In this document: one piece after another, positions 20,086-30,751 of the stretch
How the letters are laid out: every line of letters starts with the position of its first letter
How positions within the stretch are numbered: the stretch's first letter is position 1
Assembly: GCA_963792585.1 (NCBI GenBank)
Contig: CAWBWI010000004.1
Coordinates: 224,001-288,000, forward strand
Reading direction: 5' to 3'
DNA: 64,000 nucleotides
From: Candidatus Eiseniibacteriota bacterium
GTDB lineage: Bacteria > Eisenbacteria > RBG-16-71-46 > CAIMUX01 > VGJL01
Made by a program: the position numbers and the translations under genes
Notes under the pieces: generated by a model
Database searches by the model: none
The model's input: the letters and a program-made list of their open reading frames with translations, nothing else
What the model was told of the DNA's origin: nothing

Positions 20086-21252
20086 TTAATGGAGGCCGAT
20101 CCTCCGCTTGATCCAGTCCTTGCGCTCCCTCCCCAGGGTCTCGCGCAGGAGGACGCCGATTCGTCGTCGCGTGTCCTCTGCCGTGCGTGCGGCGCGATCC
20201 GCGACGGTATCGCGATGGACGATCAGATCGTGGCCACGCCGTTCGCGTTTGGCCAGCTTTAGCTTGTACGCACCCGACCCGCGGAGGAAGTCCAACTCCC
20301 GCGCTCCGTCCTCGATCGCCTGCTGGATACAGCGGACAACCATCTGGGCTCCGATCCCGTATTCGCTCAGCTCCGAGTCGTGGCCGAGTTGGTAGCCTTG
20401 GACGACTCCCCCACTCACGAAACCGAGGCTGATCGCGACCTCCCTGCCGTCCGCGCACATCGCCAGAAGCCAGAGTCGCCCCGTCCGAAACGCGCGACGC
20501 GCGTGAAGTCGATGGAAGAGACGGAAGCGCGGATCCGCGAAGACGCCGGGACGATCTCGCTTGTTCCAGGCACTTGCATGAAGGACCTCCAGCCGCTCCA
20601 TGAACGCATCGACCTGCGCCATCGTCGTCGGTCGTTTCACCTCGATTGCGAACGCCTTCTCGACGCGTTGCGTCCGGTAGCGGATCGTGCCGCGCGTCTT
20701 CGACCCGCATCCGGCGAGATACTGCTCGTAGGTTGACGGCAGCGGCAGGTAGGGACAGTGGGTCCTCTCCCGAACGACCAGTTCGAGGGAGCACGCGACG
20801 CGGAGGGCGGCCTCGAACGCCCGCCAGGCGGGATGATCGGCAAGCAGATCGTGCAGCTCGATCCGATCCCATTCGTTTGCGCGCGCGAGGATTTCCGCCG
20901 CGAGCGCCTGGCCGAACAGGGCCTCTTTCCCGGGAGCAACGGGCAGGACGAGGTGGTCGGGGCATAGCAAACCGTCGCCCAGCAACCGGATCGATCGAAG
21001 AATGGGACCTACCACAGTGACCTTCTCATGCGTGCGGTAGAAGGGGGCGATTCCGATCAGTTCACCCTCGTGATGGGCGAGCCCAACCAGCAGGCCCTGA
21101 TCCGTCCCATAGGTCCGAAGCCAGAGGCGCAGCCAGTCCCAACGTTGGAAGGTCCCGCCAGCCCCCCAGCCGTCCAGCCAACCGTCCCAGCGATCGCGCA
21201 AACGGTAGAACTCGGCCGGGGTTTCCAGCCAATCGAAGCGAACACCGCCCAT
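20086..21252 (-). CDS. GNAT family acetyltransferase (CelD/BcsL-like)
   Basis: FQRWDWLRLW, LIGIAPF, CPYLPLP..YEQYL, YQLGHD, ELDFLRGSGAYK. ATG at 21252 after GAGGGG. Confidence 0.85.
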   Translation of the reverse strand: MGGVRFDWLETPAEFYRLRDRWDGWLDGWGAGGTFQRWDWLRLWLRTYGTDQGLLVGLAHHEGELIGIAPFYRTHEKVTVVGPILRSIRLLGDGLLCPDHLVLPVAPGKEALFGQALAAEILARANEWDRIELHDLLADHPAWRAFEAALRVACSLELVVRERTHCPYLPLPSTYEQYLAGCGSKTRGTIRYRTQRVEKAFAIEVKRPTTMAQVDAFMERLEVLHASAWNKRDRPGVFADPRFRLFHRLHARRAFRTGRLWLLAMCADGREVAISLGFVSGGVVQGYQLGHDSELSEYGIGAQMVVRCIQQAIEDGARELDFLRGSGAYKLKLAKRERRGHDLIVHRDTVADRAARTAEDTRRRIGVLLRETLGRERKDWIKRRIGLH

Positions 21253-21415
21253 TTTCAGGCCCCTCGTCTCGGTAGATGAGTAACTCGCACCAAAGATTGT
21301 ACCACTCTCAGAGCCCGCGCTACGAGCGGACGTGGCGCCGGCCGCAAACTTCCCTGCCGGGCTGGCGCCCCGTTGATTGCCCGAACCCTGCCAGAATCCT
21401 CTAGAATCCGGGACG

Positions 21416-22651
21416 ATGACCACGATCAGCGTCCGCATGGCGCGTCGCCTGGCCCTGTGCCGCGCCGGCCTGCTCAAGCCGGAGTGGGCCGTTCCCCCCG
21501 ACGGGAGTGCAGGAAGTCCAAGGAGATCCCGCCCCGGGGAGAACGGCCTCCGACGCGCGGCGCACGCGGTGATCGATCGTTTCGGCTATCTACAGCTCGA
21601 CACCGTGGCTGTCGCAGGAGCCCGCAGTCACGCGATCGTCCTGATGTCCCGCCTTCCGCGCTTCAGCCCGGAACTGGGAGAGTCGCTCCTCAAACCCGGC
21701 GAACCTCTCTTCGAGTACTGGGGGCATGAGGTTTGCTGGCTACCCCTCTCCATGTACCCCGTCATGGGATGGCGCAGGAGACGCTTCCGTCATCATCCCT
21801 GGTGGGGGGACGTGATTGGCGGTCATATCGAACTGGCCGCGGAGATCATGAAGCGGGTCCGGGACGACGGCCCTCTGAAATCGAGTGACCTCGAGGGAAC
21901 GTCCGGCAAGGGGTGGTGGGATCACAAGCCGGCCAAGAGCGTCGCCGTCGCCCTCTGGTCGGCGGGACAGCTGGCGGTGAAGGAACGACGCGCCTTTCAA
22001 CGAACCTTCGACCTCGCGGAGCGGGTCATCCCGGAGGAGTTGCGCGCCTCCCCGGAACCCACGATCGATGCAGCGGTGGAAACGCTCCTTCTCAAGGCGA
22101 TCGATGGCCACGGCTGGGCACAGACCGGAACTCTGGCACGGACGTGGCGCCTACGGCTCATGAAGAACGAGATCGACGGTGCACTGAAGCGGCTGACAGA
22201 GACCGGCGCCATCGTCGCGTGCTCGATGGACTCCGGCGAGGGCGGCCGAAGCCAAGGCTGGATTCGGCCCGCCGATCTGGATCTTGCCGACAAATTGGAG
22301 AAGGTGCGTCCCGCGTCCTCGAATCCCGTTCTCCTCTCCCCTTTCGACCCCTTGCTTTGGGAACGGGACCGGGTGAGCAGGCTCTTCGGCTTCAACATGA
22401 CGATCGAGATCTTCGTCCCGCCGGCCCGCCGGACCTACGGCTACTACTGCCTCCCCGTCCTGGCCGGCGAGAGGCTGGTCGCACGCGTGGACCTGAAGGC
22501 GGATCGGAAGAGCGGCGCGCTTCGCGTGATTTCCTGTCACACCGAGCCCAAAGAGACATCTTGCTGCCCGGCCGCCGAGGGGCGCGCCCTGGCCCGAGCA
22601 GCCGTCGATCGCTATGCGGGGCAGGTTGGCCTGACGGCGCGATGGAAGTGA
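21416..22651 (+). CDS. ycaQ: YcaQ/AlkZ-family (HTH_42) crosslink-repair DNA glycosylase
   Basis: YLQLDTVAV (QxD), FEYWGHE, LLSPFDPLLW.R.R...LFGF..IEIFVP..R.YGYYCLPVL. Confidence 0.9.
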   Translation: MTTISVRMARRLALCRAGLLKPEWAVPPDGSAGSPRRSRPGENGLRRAAHAVIDRFGYLQLDTVAVAGARSHAIVLMSRLPRFSPELGESLLKPGEPLFEYWGHEVCWLPLSMYPVMGWRRRRFRHHPWWGDVIGGHIELAAEIMKRVRDDGPLKSSDLEGTSGKGWWDHKPAKSVAVALWSAGQLAVKERRAFQRTFDLAERVIPEELRASPEPTIDAAVETLLLKAIDGHGWAQTGTLARTWRLRLMKNEIDGALKRLTETGAIVACSMDSGEGGRSQGWIRPADLDLADKLEKVRPASSNPVLLSPFDPLLWERDRVSRLFGFNMTIEIFVPPARRTYGYYCLPVLAGERLVARVDLKADRKSGALRVISCHTEPKETSCCPAAEGRALARAAVDRYAGQVGLTARWK

Positions 22652-22705
22652 ATCCCAGGTCCCCAGATCAGCTTCGCGAGAAGGATTCCTCGCGGAGTCC
22701 GACCG

Positions 22706-23224
22706 TCACCTGCCCTTGCTTTCCAGCTCCAGGTCGAGGTTCTTGAGCTTGTCCAGCTTCTCCCGCAACTCATTCCTCTCCCGGGTCAGGTGCCTGTTCT
22801 GCTCGCCGAGAGAGAGATTGAGGGTCTCCAGGTCGCGGTTGGCGCGCCGCAGGTCGCTCTGCGCGGTCAACAACGCGAGGATGGACGGCGCCTGCCTGCT
22901 CCAGGAGCTGGTCGGATACTCCTTCTGCAGGCGTTCCAGGGTCTGGCGTGCGGGATGCGGCTCTTCCGTTTCATTCGCAGACCCCAGTTGAACGAGCGCG
23001 AGTCGGAAGAACGCCTCATCCGTAACTCCCGGCACCCCGGGCTCCGCGCAGATCGCCGCGAGCAGGTTCATGGCTCCCCTGGAATCCTCCCTGCCCAGCA
23101 ACTGCATCGCCGCAGCCAATCGGTCCGATTGCCGCTGGCTGTACGAGATCCGGACCGGCCTGCGCGTCGATGCGCATCCGGCCAGCAGAATCATCAGGAG
23201 CATGAAGGCTGTCAACTGCCTCAT
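22706..23224 (-). CDS. Lipoprotein with TPR-like helices and C-terminal coiled coil (QseG/YfhG-like)
   Basis: Lipobox LLAGC. YPTSSW TPR-like end. Heptad tail NELREKLDKLKNLDLELE. ATGA-coupled to the upstream gene. Confidence 0.7.
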   Translation of the reverse strand: MRQLTAFMLLMILLAGCASTRRPVRISYSQRQSDRLAAAMQLLGREDSRGAMNLLAAICAEPGVPGVTDEAFFRLALVQLGSANETEEPHPARQTLERLQKEYPTSSWSRQAPSILALLTAQSDLRRANRDLETLNLSLGEQNRHLTRERNELREKLDKLKNLDLELESKGR

Positions 23225-24537
23225 CGACTCGTCCTGCGCCGGTTCACCAGGTAGTTGCTTCCCGGTGATCCCTTGACGTAGTCCTTGATCTCCGCGGCCG
23301 CTTTGGCGATTTCGATCGCTGAGTCGAACTCGCCTTTCTGACAGAGTAGCACGGCGATGGAGATCGTCATGATCGGGAAGGAGCGTTGCACCCCATAGCG
23401 GTCAATGCCGTCCGTTGTCCCCTTCTCCAGGTCCTCCGGGGAGTAGTGCGCGGGGATCATCTCGCGGAAGCCCTCGATGACGCTCGTGCACACCTGCGGA
23501 ATCCGATCGGGCGCCACGATCATCACGAAGTCATCTCCTCCGACGTGACCCACGAATGCATCGCTGTCGCCGTGCTGCTTGACGACGTCGAAGATGATCT
23601 CACCTGTGCACCGGATGACGTCGTTCCCTTTGATGTATCCGTAGCGATCGTTGTACGCCTTGAAATTGTCGAGGTCGGCGTAACAGACGGCGAACGACTC
23701 CCCTGCTTGGACCTTTCTTGCAAGGACTCTCTCGATGGCGATGTTCCCGGGGAGCCTGGTGAGCGGACTGGCATCCAGGCTCAGCTGCCCCAGGATCTTG
23801 AGCCGGGCCGCCATATCGGTGAAGTTCTTCGCCAGGTCTCCGATCTCGTCGCCGGGAGGGATATGGGGATCGTGGTCGAAATCGCCCTCGGCGATTCGAT
23901 GGGTCGCCTGCTTGAGCTTGTTGAGGGCTCTTGACACCGTATAGACGAACACCCCTGCGACAGAGATGGCCAGCAGGAAACCGGTGACCGAGAGGAGGAG
24001 GGCCCAGTGGATCGTCGTTCGCTCGCGGTCATCGGCCTCTACGAGCCTTTGGTCCAGTCGATGCCGTTGACCGACAGCAACACTGTCGATGGCATCGAGC
24101 ACCGTCTGTGCTGTGGAGCGTAGCGTTTCATCGTCGCCGGCGCCGTTGTTGAAGAGTGAATCCGCCGCCGACTGATAGCCCTGGTAGAGCGTGGAAAGTC
24201 TGTCCAAATCCGGTCCCGGCTGCTGCTGCCGTATCCGATCGAGATTCTCGAGGAAATCGACGTCCCGCCGACGAAAGAGGTCCGCGAACGCCGTTTCCCC
24301 GAGGATGGCGAACTTGCCGGCGTAACGCTGCTGGGCCACGACCGATTCGCGCAGCTTCTCCGTCAGACCGATGAGGACCAGGTCGCTGCGGGCGATCTCG
24401 CGGGCGGACTCGTGCAGAGAATTGAGACCCATGAGCGCATACACCAAGGCGCCCATGGTGAAGAAGGCCATGGCCACGTAGCTGAGGATGAGTTTCTCGA
24501 CGAGGGTGAGCCTCGTCTTGCCCTGTCTGGATGTCAT
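23221..24537 (-). CDS. Membrane diguanylate cyclase (periplasmic helical sensor, HAMP, GGDEF)
   Basis: Two TMs. HAMP (RIAEGDFD...DEIGDLA). SPLTRLPGN, DLDNFKAYNDRYG, GHVGGDDF. Confidence 0.9.
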   Translation of the reverse strand: MTSRQGKTRLTLVEKLILSYVAMAFFTMGALVYALMGLNSLHESAREIARSDLVLIGLTEKLRESVVAQQRYAGKFAILGETAFADLFRRRDVDFLENLDRIRQQQPGPDLDRLSTLYQGYQSAADSLFNNGAGDDETLRSTAQTVLDAIDSVAVGQRHRLDQRLVEADDRERTTIHWALLLSVTGFLLAISVAGVFVYTVSRALNKLKQATHRIAEGDFDHDPHIPPGDEIGDLAKNFTDMAARLKILGQLSLDASPLTRLPGNIAIERVLARKVQAGESFAVCYADLDNFKAYNDRYGYIKGNDVIRCTGEIIFDVVKQHGDSDAFVGHVGGDDFVMIVAPDRIPQVCTSVIEGFREMIPAHYSPEDLEKGTTDGIDRYGVQRSFPIMTISIAVLLCQKGEFDSAIEIAKAAAEIKDYVKGSPGSNYLVNRRRTSR

Positions 24538-24781
24538 GGCATTGTTGCGGGAAGGCCACATCCTTTGATGTCAATCTAGAGGGCGAGCGGGAGCGAGTCA
24601 ACCGGCGCGACGTTTCGGCATTGCGCCGACTCTCGCAACAGACCGGCGCATGAGGTCCAGATGCCTGAGATCAGAGGAGCCCGACATGAGATGCTCGGGA
24701 GGAGCCTTCTCTCGACCGGTCATACGCCTTCACGATCCGTCACCGGCTCCCGGAGTCGCCCAACCAGCGGATCGGGTCTCG

Positions 24782-24825
24782 GGTCGATGTCACCGCAGGT
24801 CGATGTCACCGCAGGTCGATGTCAC
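24782..24825 (+). repeat. 16-bp tandem direct repeat GGTCGATGTCACCGCA x2.75
   Basis: Copies at 24782-24797 and 24798-24813, partial copy at 24814-24825. Confidence 0.9.
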
Positions 24826-24829
24826 ACCC

Positions 24830-24858
24830 TTCAAACCTGCCGGGAAAGTCCCTATAAT
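24830..24858 (+). promoter_or_regulatory. Sigma70-type promoter for the M14 peptidase
   Basis: TTCAAA-N17-TATAAT, ~55 bp upstream of GAGGAGG-ATG. Confidence 0.6.
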
Positions 24859-24912
24859 CGAGTGCGGGTCGAGTGAATTCGTGCCGGGATGCTCGCCTTT
24901 GAGGAGGTCGCC

Positions 24913-27633
24913 ATGCGCCGCTCTGTCCTCATGATCGGACTCATCCTTGTCCCTCTCATCCAACTTGCGGGAGTCGCGCTGGCCGCGAACGGCGACGAGG
25001 CTTACCAGCAGATCCGGGCAACGCTGACGCCGGATCACTCGCTGGCGCAGCTGCTCTCGAATCGCAACGTCCAGTTGATGGACAGAGGCGACGAGCAGCA
25101 AGTGGACGTCCTTTCCCGCCCGTCCGTCACGGAGGAGTTGGTCCGGGACGGCTGGACCATCCAAGTGATCCACCCGGATCTCGTGGCTTTCTACAGATCC
25201 CTCCAGGGCGCGGTCCTCGATTACGGTGTGTGGCACACTTACCAGGAGACGATCGACGAGTTGAACCTCCTGCATTCCCAGTACCCGAGCATCACGACCG
25301 CGCCGATCTCGCTGGGTACGACCGGCGAGGAGAGGGACATCTGGGCGATCAAGATCTCGGACAATCCGGCCGTCGAGGAAGCCGATGAGCCTGAGGTGCT
25401 CTACGACGGCGTGCATCACGCGCGTGAGATCATGACGGTCGAGATCTGCCTCTACTTCGCGCGCTACCTGTGCGAGAACTATGGCACCGACCCGGTTTCC
25501 ACTTTTCTCGTCGACAACAGGCAGATCTGGTTCGTCCCGATCATCAATCCCGACGGCTTCGCCTACAACGAGGAGACGGAACCCGAAGGCGGCGGGATGT
25601 GGAGAAAGAACCGCCGGCCCGGCCCGGGAGGCTGCTACGGCGTGGACAACAACCGGAATTACCCCTTTCAGTGGGGCGGCGACGGCTCCTCGGGCAACCC
25701 GTGCGATGAGGACTATCGGGGCGCCTCCCCGGGCAGCGAGCCCGAGAACCAGGCGCTCATGAACCTGGTGAATGCCCATCGCTTCGTGACCCACAACTCG
25801 TGGCACTCGGTCGCGGGCATGCAGTTGATCCCATGGGGCTACACGTCGGACCACACGCCCGATGATGCGCGGCTGCGCCAGATCGCCACCGAGATGTCCC
25901 GCGACAACGGCTACATCGTCGGCCAGGCGCCGGAGATCCTGTACATCGTCAGCGGCAGCACGACCGACTGGATGTACGGGGCTCAGTCCGAGCATCCAAG
26001 GGTCTTCACCTTCTCCACGGAGATCGGGGGCACGTACTTTTGGCCCGCCCAGGGTGATCGAGAAGGCCTGCTCGCGGAGAACCTCCACTCGATCATCTAC
26101 ACCACGGGGATCGCAGGCGGATTCATGGCGGCGCCGAGCCTGGTCATCGCGGGCGGCGATGGCCGCCTGGATCCGGGGGACGCGATCGACCTGCTCGCAA
26201 CGGCCCGCAATGACGGTCTCGTCGAGGTCACGGATCTTGTGGTCCGCCTGACATGTGATGATCCCTACGTCGCCATGCTCCATGCCTCGGATGAGATCGG
26301 AACGCTGGCCAGCGGCCAGGGCTGGGACAACGCCACCGATCCATTCCGTATCCAGGTCGAGCCGGGCTGCCCGATCGGTCGGAGCATTACCTTCATGCTC
26401 ATCACGGACGCCTCGGGCGGGAACCACAGTGAGACTCCGTTCACCTTCCCCGTCGGCGAACTGCCGATGATCTACGCAAACGACTTCGAGACGGCGAACG
26501 ACTGGGTGCGGGACGCATCCGACAACGCCGTTACAGGCGCATTCGCGCGCGTGGATCCCGTAACGACGGACTTCCAGCCCGGGGACGACACGACGCCGGG
26601 GTCCGGGGCGTACGCCCTGATCACCGCGCAGAACCCGAACGGACAGGAGAGCGTCGACGATGTCGACGTCGGCACCGCCGCCAGCCGATCTCCCGATTTC
26701 GATCTGAGCGGATACCCGGGCGTGCGGTTGTCCTTGAACTACTTTCACGGCCAGCGCGATGCGGGGGACGATCCGGGCGCCGACTACTTCCGCATCGATG
26801 TCTCTTCGAATGCCGGCGCGACATGGGTGAATCTCGTCCATGGCGGCGATGTCGCATCCGCCCCCACATGGCAGAACCTGACGGTCGACCTGTCGGGTCT
26901 CATCACCCTCACGAGCCAGGTCCGACTCCGTGTCCAGGCGGCGGACGGAATTCGCGCGGTGGACACCGTCGAGGGGGGGATCGACGACCTCTATCTCTAC
27001 AGCGCGGCCAGTCCCAATGAGGCACCCGGCGCGCCGACCCCGCTCGATCCCCCGAACGGCGGCGATGTCGCCTCGAGCGTCACCCTCGTCGTCGGCAACG
27101 CGGATGATCCGGAGGGAGATCCGCTAACGTACGGCTTCCGGGTCTATTCCAACGCCGACCTCACGAACCCGGTCGCCTCGGTCGGTGGAATCCCGCAGGG
27201 CGAGACGACCACGAGCTGGCAGGTCAATGCGCCCCTCGAGACCGGCGCCTACTTCTGGCGCGCGTACGCCGAGGACTCGAGGCAGCGCGGGCTGTACGGA
27301 CCGACCTGGAGCTTCTATTTCCGAGGAGTGAGCGATGTGGTCGAATCGCCTCGTGGCGACGGGACCGACGTTACGGTGACGCCGAATCCGACGAGCGCCG
27401 GGATCCGGATCCGCTACATGGTCCCGGCGACACTCACGAGCCGCCTCGCTATCTACGATCCGCAGGGACGGGTCGTGCGCGGCCTCCGGACGCCACCATC
27501 GGCGACGGGATGGCATGAAGTCGCCTGGGACGGTCTGGACGACGCCGGACGGCGCGTTCCGAGCGGAAGCTACTGGGTGCGACTGTGGACACCGGGAGTG
27601 ACGCGTACGGTCCGGGTGGTACGCATCGATTGA
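24913..27633 (+). CDS. Secreted M14 zinc carboxypeptidase (carboxypeptidase T-like) with beta-sandwich domains and FlgD-Ig CTD
   Basis: Signal peptide. HHARE, WRKNRR, DNNRNY, GSTTDW. C-terminal PNP...IYDPQGRVVR...WDGLDDAGRRVPSGSYW. Confidence 0.92.
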   Translation: MRRSVLMIGLILVPLIQLAGVALAANGDEAYQQIRATLTPDHSLAQLLSNRNVQLMDRGDEQQVDVLSRPSVTEELVRDGWTIQVIHPDLVAFYRSLQGAVLDYGVWHTYQETIDELNLLHSQYPSITTAPISLGTTGEERDIWAIKISDNPAVEEADEPEVLYDGVHHAREIMTVEICLYFARYLCENYGTDPVSTFLVDNRQIWFVPIINPDGFAYNEETEPEGGGMWRKNRRPGPGGCYGVDNNRNYPFQWGGDGSSGNPCDEDYRGASPGSEPENQALMNLVNAHRFVTHNSWHSVAGMQLIPWGYTSDHTPDDARLRQIATEMSRDNGYIVGQAPEILYIVSGSTTDWMYGAQSEHPRVFTFSTEIGGTYFWPAQGDREGLLAENLHSIIYTTGIAGGFMAAPSLVIAGGDGRLDPGDAIDLLATARNDGLVEVTDLVVRLTCDDPYVAMLHASDEIGTLASGQGWDNATDPFRIQVEPGCPIGRSITFMLITDASGGNHSETPFTFPVGELPMIYANDFETANDWVRDASDNAVTGAFARVDPVTTDFQPGDDTTPGSGAYALITAQNPNGQESVDDVDVGTAASRSPDFDLSGYPGVRLSLNYFHGQRDAGDDPGADYFRIDVSSNAGATWVNLVHGGDVASAPTWQNLTVDLSGLITLTSQVRLRVQAADGIRAVDTVEGGIDDLYLYSAASPNEAPGAPTPLDPPNGGDVASSVTLVVGNADDPEGDPLTYGFRVYSNADLTNPVASVGGIPQGETTTSWQVNAPLETGAYFWRAYAEDSRQRGLYGPTWSFYFRGVSDVVESPRGDGTDVTVTPNPTSAGIRIRYMVPATLTSRLAIYDPQGRVVRGLRTPPSATGWHEVAWDGLDDAGRRVPSGSYWVRLWTPGVTRTVRVVRID

Positions 27634-27825
27634 TCGGGCACGGGCGGACCATTCCGAGAAGGTCGCTGTTCATTCAGGCGGCCTGACGGGAGCACCGAGC
27701 GGACCTCGGGACAACCGAGGCATGCCTCCGTCTTTCCCCAATTTCTCCACCGTTCCGCCGTTCAAACCAGTTATAATCAATGCGTTCCGATTCTCGAATG
27801 GTCCCAATCCCCTGGAGGAACTTCC

Positions 27826-30271
27826 ATGTCAAAGGCTCGTGTTGCGATCTTCGTCGCGGCGATTCTCGTGCTGGCCTTCGCAGGTTCGAGGATCTCGCGA
27901 TATACGCATTCCATCACCGCACCCGACACACGCGGCCATGCGTCCATGACCGTGTCGGACACCGGAGGATCCGCCGCCGAGAGCGCAGTGTCGAACGCGG
28001 CGGGACCCGCCTCGTCGACCCCCGCGGGGGTGGCCTCGGCCGACTCGAAGCGGCCGATCGACCTGGGAATCCCCCAGGGGCCCTTCGACCCCGTTCTGAC
28101 ACAGACTCCCCCCATCGGCCGCTCCCTGCCGCCGACGAACCACCGGGCCAACGACCCGACGGGGGAAGACGTCAGCATCGTGCAGTCGGAATGCTCCATC
28201 GCGACCCGTGGCGACACCGTCGTGGTCGGCTGGAACGACGGTATCGGCTTCGTCGACCCCGGCGCGACCGTCAGCGGCTACGGCTACTCGGTCGACCGGG
28301 GTGAGACCTGGGTCGATGGCGGGGCTGTGCCGAACGGCACGAACGCGAGCGTCTTTGGTGATCCGACCGTCGCCGTGACGAACTCCGGGCTCTGGCTCTT
28401 CGTTTCCCTGGACCTCGGGAACCCGTCCGGTTTGGCGGTCAACCGCGCGCGCTTCCAGAACGGCACGCTCACCTGGGCCCCGTCGGTCAAGTACATTGAC
28501 GGCGGCGGCCTCGACAAGGAATTCATCGAGTACGACTCGGCCACGAACCGAATCTACATGTCCTACGTCGGATCGGCCGGCAGGCTCACCTATTCGACGG
28601 ACGAAGGGGCCACCTGGGCGGCTCCCCTCACCGTCGCCAGCGGGGGTTCGATCAACGGCTTCTACCCGGCCGTTGGCGTCGACGGAGAGGTCTATGTCAG
28701 CTGGTTGAACGGACTGGCCCAGCCCTCGGCCCGCATCATGTGTCGCTATTCATCGGATGGCGGAGTCGTCCTGGGCGGGCGCGGCGGTTCAGGTTGCCCA
28801 GCTCGGAAACAACTCCCATCGCCCGCCGCAGTGTTTCAACCGGGGCTTCAATGTCACCTTCCCATCGATGTCCGTCGATCGCTCCAACGGTCCCCATCGC
28901 GGCCGCGCCTACTTCTGCTATACCGACGGCGCCCCGAACGACTTCGACGCATTCGTGACCTATTCCGACAACAAAGGACAGACCTGGTCGACGCCGGTCC
29001 GCCTCGCCGACGCGGCGAACGCGTCCGAGCAGTTCTGGCCTCAGGTCCACGTCTCCCCGATCGATGGACGCGTCTCGGTCGGTTGGTACGATCGTCGAAA
29101 CGCGACCAACAACAACAGCCTTTGCGACTACTACATCACGCAATCGGTCGATGGCGGAGCGAACTGGGGACCGAACCGGCGCCTCTCCGACACATCGGTC
29201 GCGTGGTGCGGCGTTCCCGCGAACATCGCTCCGAACTTCGGGGACTACGTCGAGCTGACGAGCGACGACCGGTCGGTATTCGGGATCTGGTCGGACGCGC
29301 GCGGCGGCGGCCCCGACGTCTACGTCGGCCGCTTCGACGATCGCTTCGAACTCGCGGTGAGCGGGACGACCGGAGCGCAAAGGAGCGTCTTCGACGGCGG
29401 TGGCACGGTCTGGTACATCCCGAACGAGACCGACTTCACGATCGACCCCGTCCCGGCTCTGGATTCGCCGGCGGAGATGATGGTGGCAGCGCTCGGACTC
29501 GGCACGATGGCCTCTCCGCCCGAGACGCGGGGCGTCTTCGACCTCGCGGGCGAGTCCCTCCATGGAGAGGTGAGCCTCGGTTCATCCCAGGGGACGGTCA
29601 ACGGCACGTTCTCCATCTCGCGCAACGGTCTGAACGGAATCAACCTCACTTTCACCTCCGTAAGCTCGACCGGCCTCGACCAGATCCAGTTCCTCCCGAG
29701 CTCGCGGATCCAGGCCACTCTGGTTCCCTCGGGGCCCGGCGAGGTAGGCATCTTCGGGACCGTGACGATGAGCCGTCTCATCGGCCCGCTCGCCTTTTCG
29801 ATGGGGGGCGTGCTCCACTTCGACGGCAGCCAGGCGACTCTCGAGGCGAACCAGTCGATCGACGTGAACGTCACCATGAATCTCGCCTCGACCCTTCACA
29901 TGCACACGCGGACGACGGTGGTCGACGGGGTGACGGCCGATGTGCCGCCGATTTCCGCCGGCACGAACCCGCCGCCGCTCGCGACGGTGCGCGCGGTCCC
30001 CAATCCCCTGTCGGCGTCGACGCGGATCGTCTACACCCTCACGCATCCGGCGGACGGTTCGATCCAGATCTACTCCGTTACGGGACGCTCCGTCCGAACG
30101 ATCGCCAAGGGACGTTTCGAGACGGGAATGCACGAGTACGCATTCGACGGGAAGGACGACAACGGTCGCAGACTCCCGCTGGGGGGTTACTTCATCCGGC
30201 TCGAGACCGACAAGGTCAATGTCGCCGGGAAGCTCTTCGTCGTGAACGGAAGCTCGAGCGACCCTGACTAG
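27826..30271 (+). CDS. Secreted BNR/Asp-box (sialidase-like propeller) protein with FlgD-Ig CTD, one frameshift at ~28766
   Basis: Asp boxes YSVDRGETW, YSTDEGATW, YSSDGG.SW, YSDNKGQTW, QSVDGGANW, plus FGDY. One extra G joins ORFs 27826 and 28757. Confidence 0.82.
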
Positions 30272-30288
30272 TCCAGAGCGAACCGAAT

Positions 30289-30321
30289 GGGCGGCCGACT
30301 CCGCTCGGGAGCCGGCCGCCC
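30289..30321 (+). terminator. GC-rich hairpin downstream of the BNR gene
   Basis: GGGCGGCCG-a-CTCC / GGAG-c-CGGCCGCCC stem. Confidence 0.5.
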
Positions 30322-30691
30322 GTTCAATTGCCCTGTCCGCCTCGCAGCGACTATGGCACCAGCACGATCCGGGTCAGGACCTCCGTCCCTCCCGCGTCCA
30401 ACCGACCGACGTACACCCCGGTCTCCGCAGAAACCCGGCACGCCCTTACGCGCATGGCGGTTGCGGCATGTGAGGATCCGATCGTGCGAAACGCCCGCAA
30501 CGCCTCCGCAGAGCGTGGAATTCGCAATCGGATTGGGCTGCCCTGAAGACTCTCGGCTCCCGAACCTCCGTAGGGGATCGACAAGGAGTGATTCCCCCTC
30601 CATCCGTATCTGCTTGCACCTGCGCCAGAACCCGGTCTCGACCTCGGTCCGCTTTGACATTCACCTCCGTGATCGAATCGGATTCTGCACG

Positions 30692-30706
30692 TGGCACGCC
30701 GGTTGC
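30692..30706 (+). promoter_or_regulatory. Sigma54 (-24/-12) promoter
   Basis: TGGCACGCCGGTTGC matches TGGCACG-N4-TTGC, ~45 bp upstream of ATG 30752. Confidence 0.75.
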
Positions 30707-30751
30707 CCGATCATCAGGGTGGCCGCTTGCCGGCCAAGGGAGACCGCACAC

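Noticed and set aside
30287..30751. N-terminal extension of the GGDEF ORF (490-aa call)
   Set aside because: The region contains a terminator hairpin and the sigma54 promoter. ATG 30752, with an upstream AGGGAG, is the better start.
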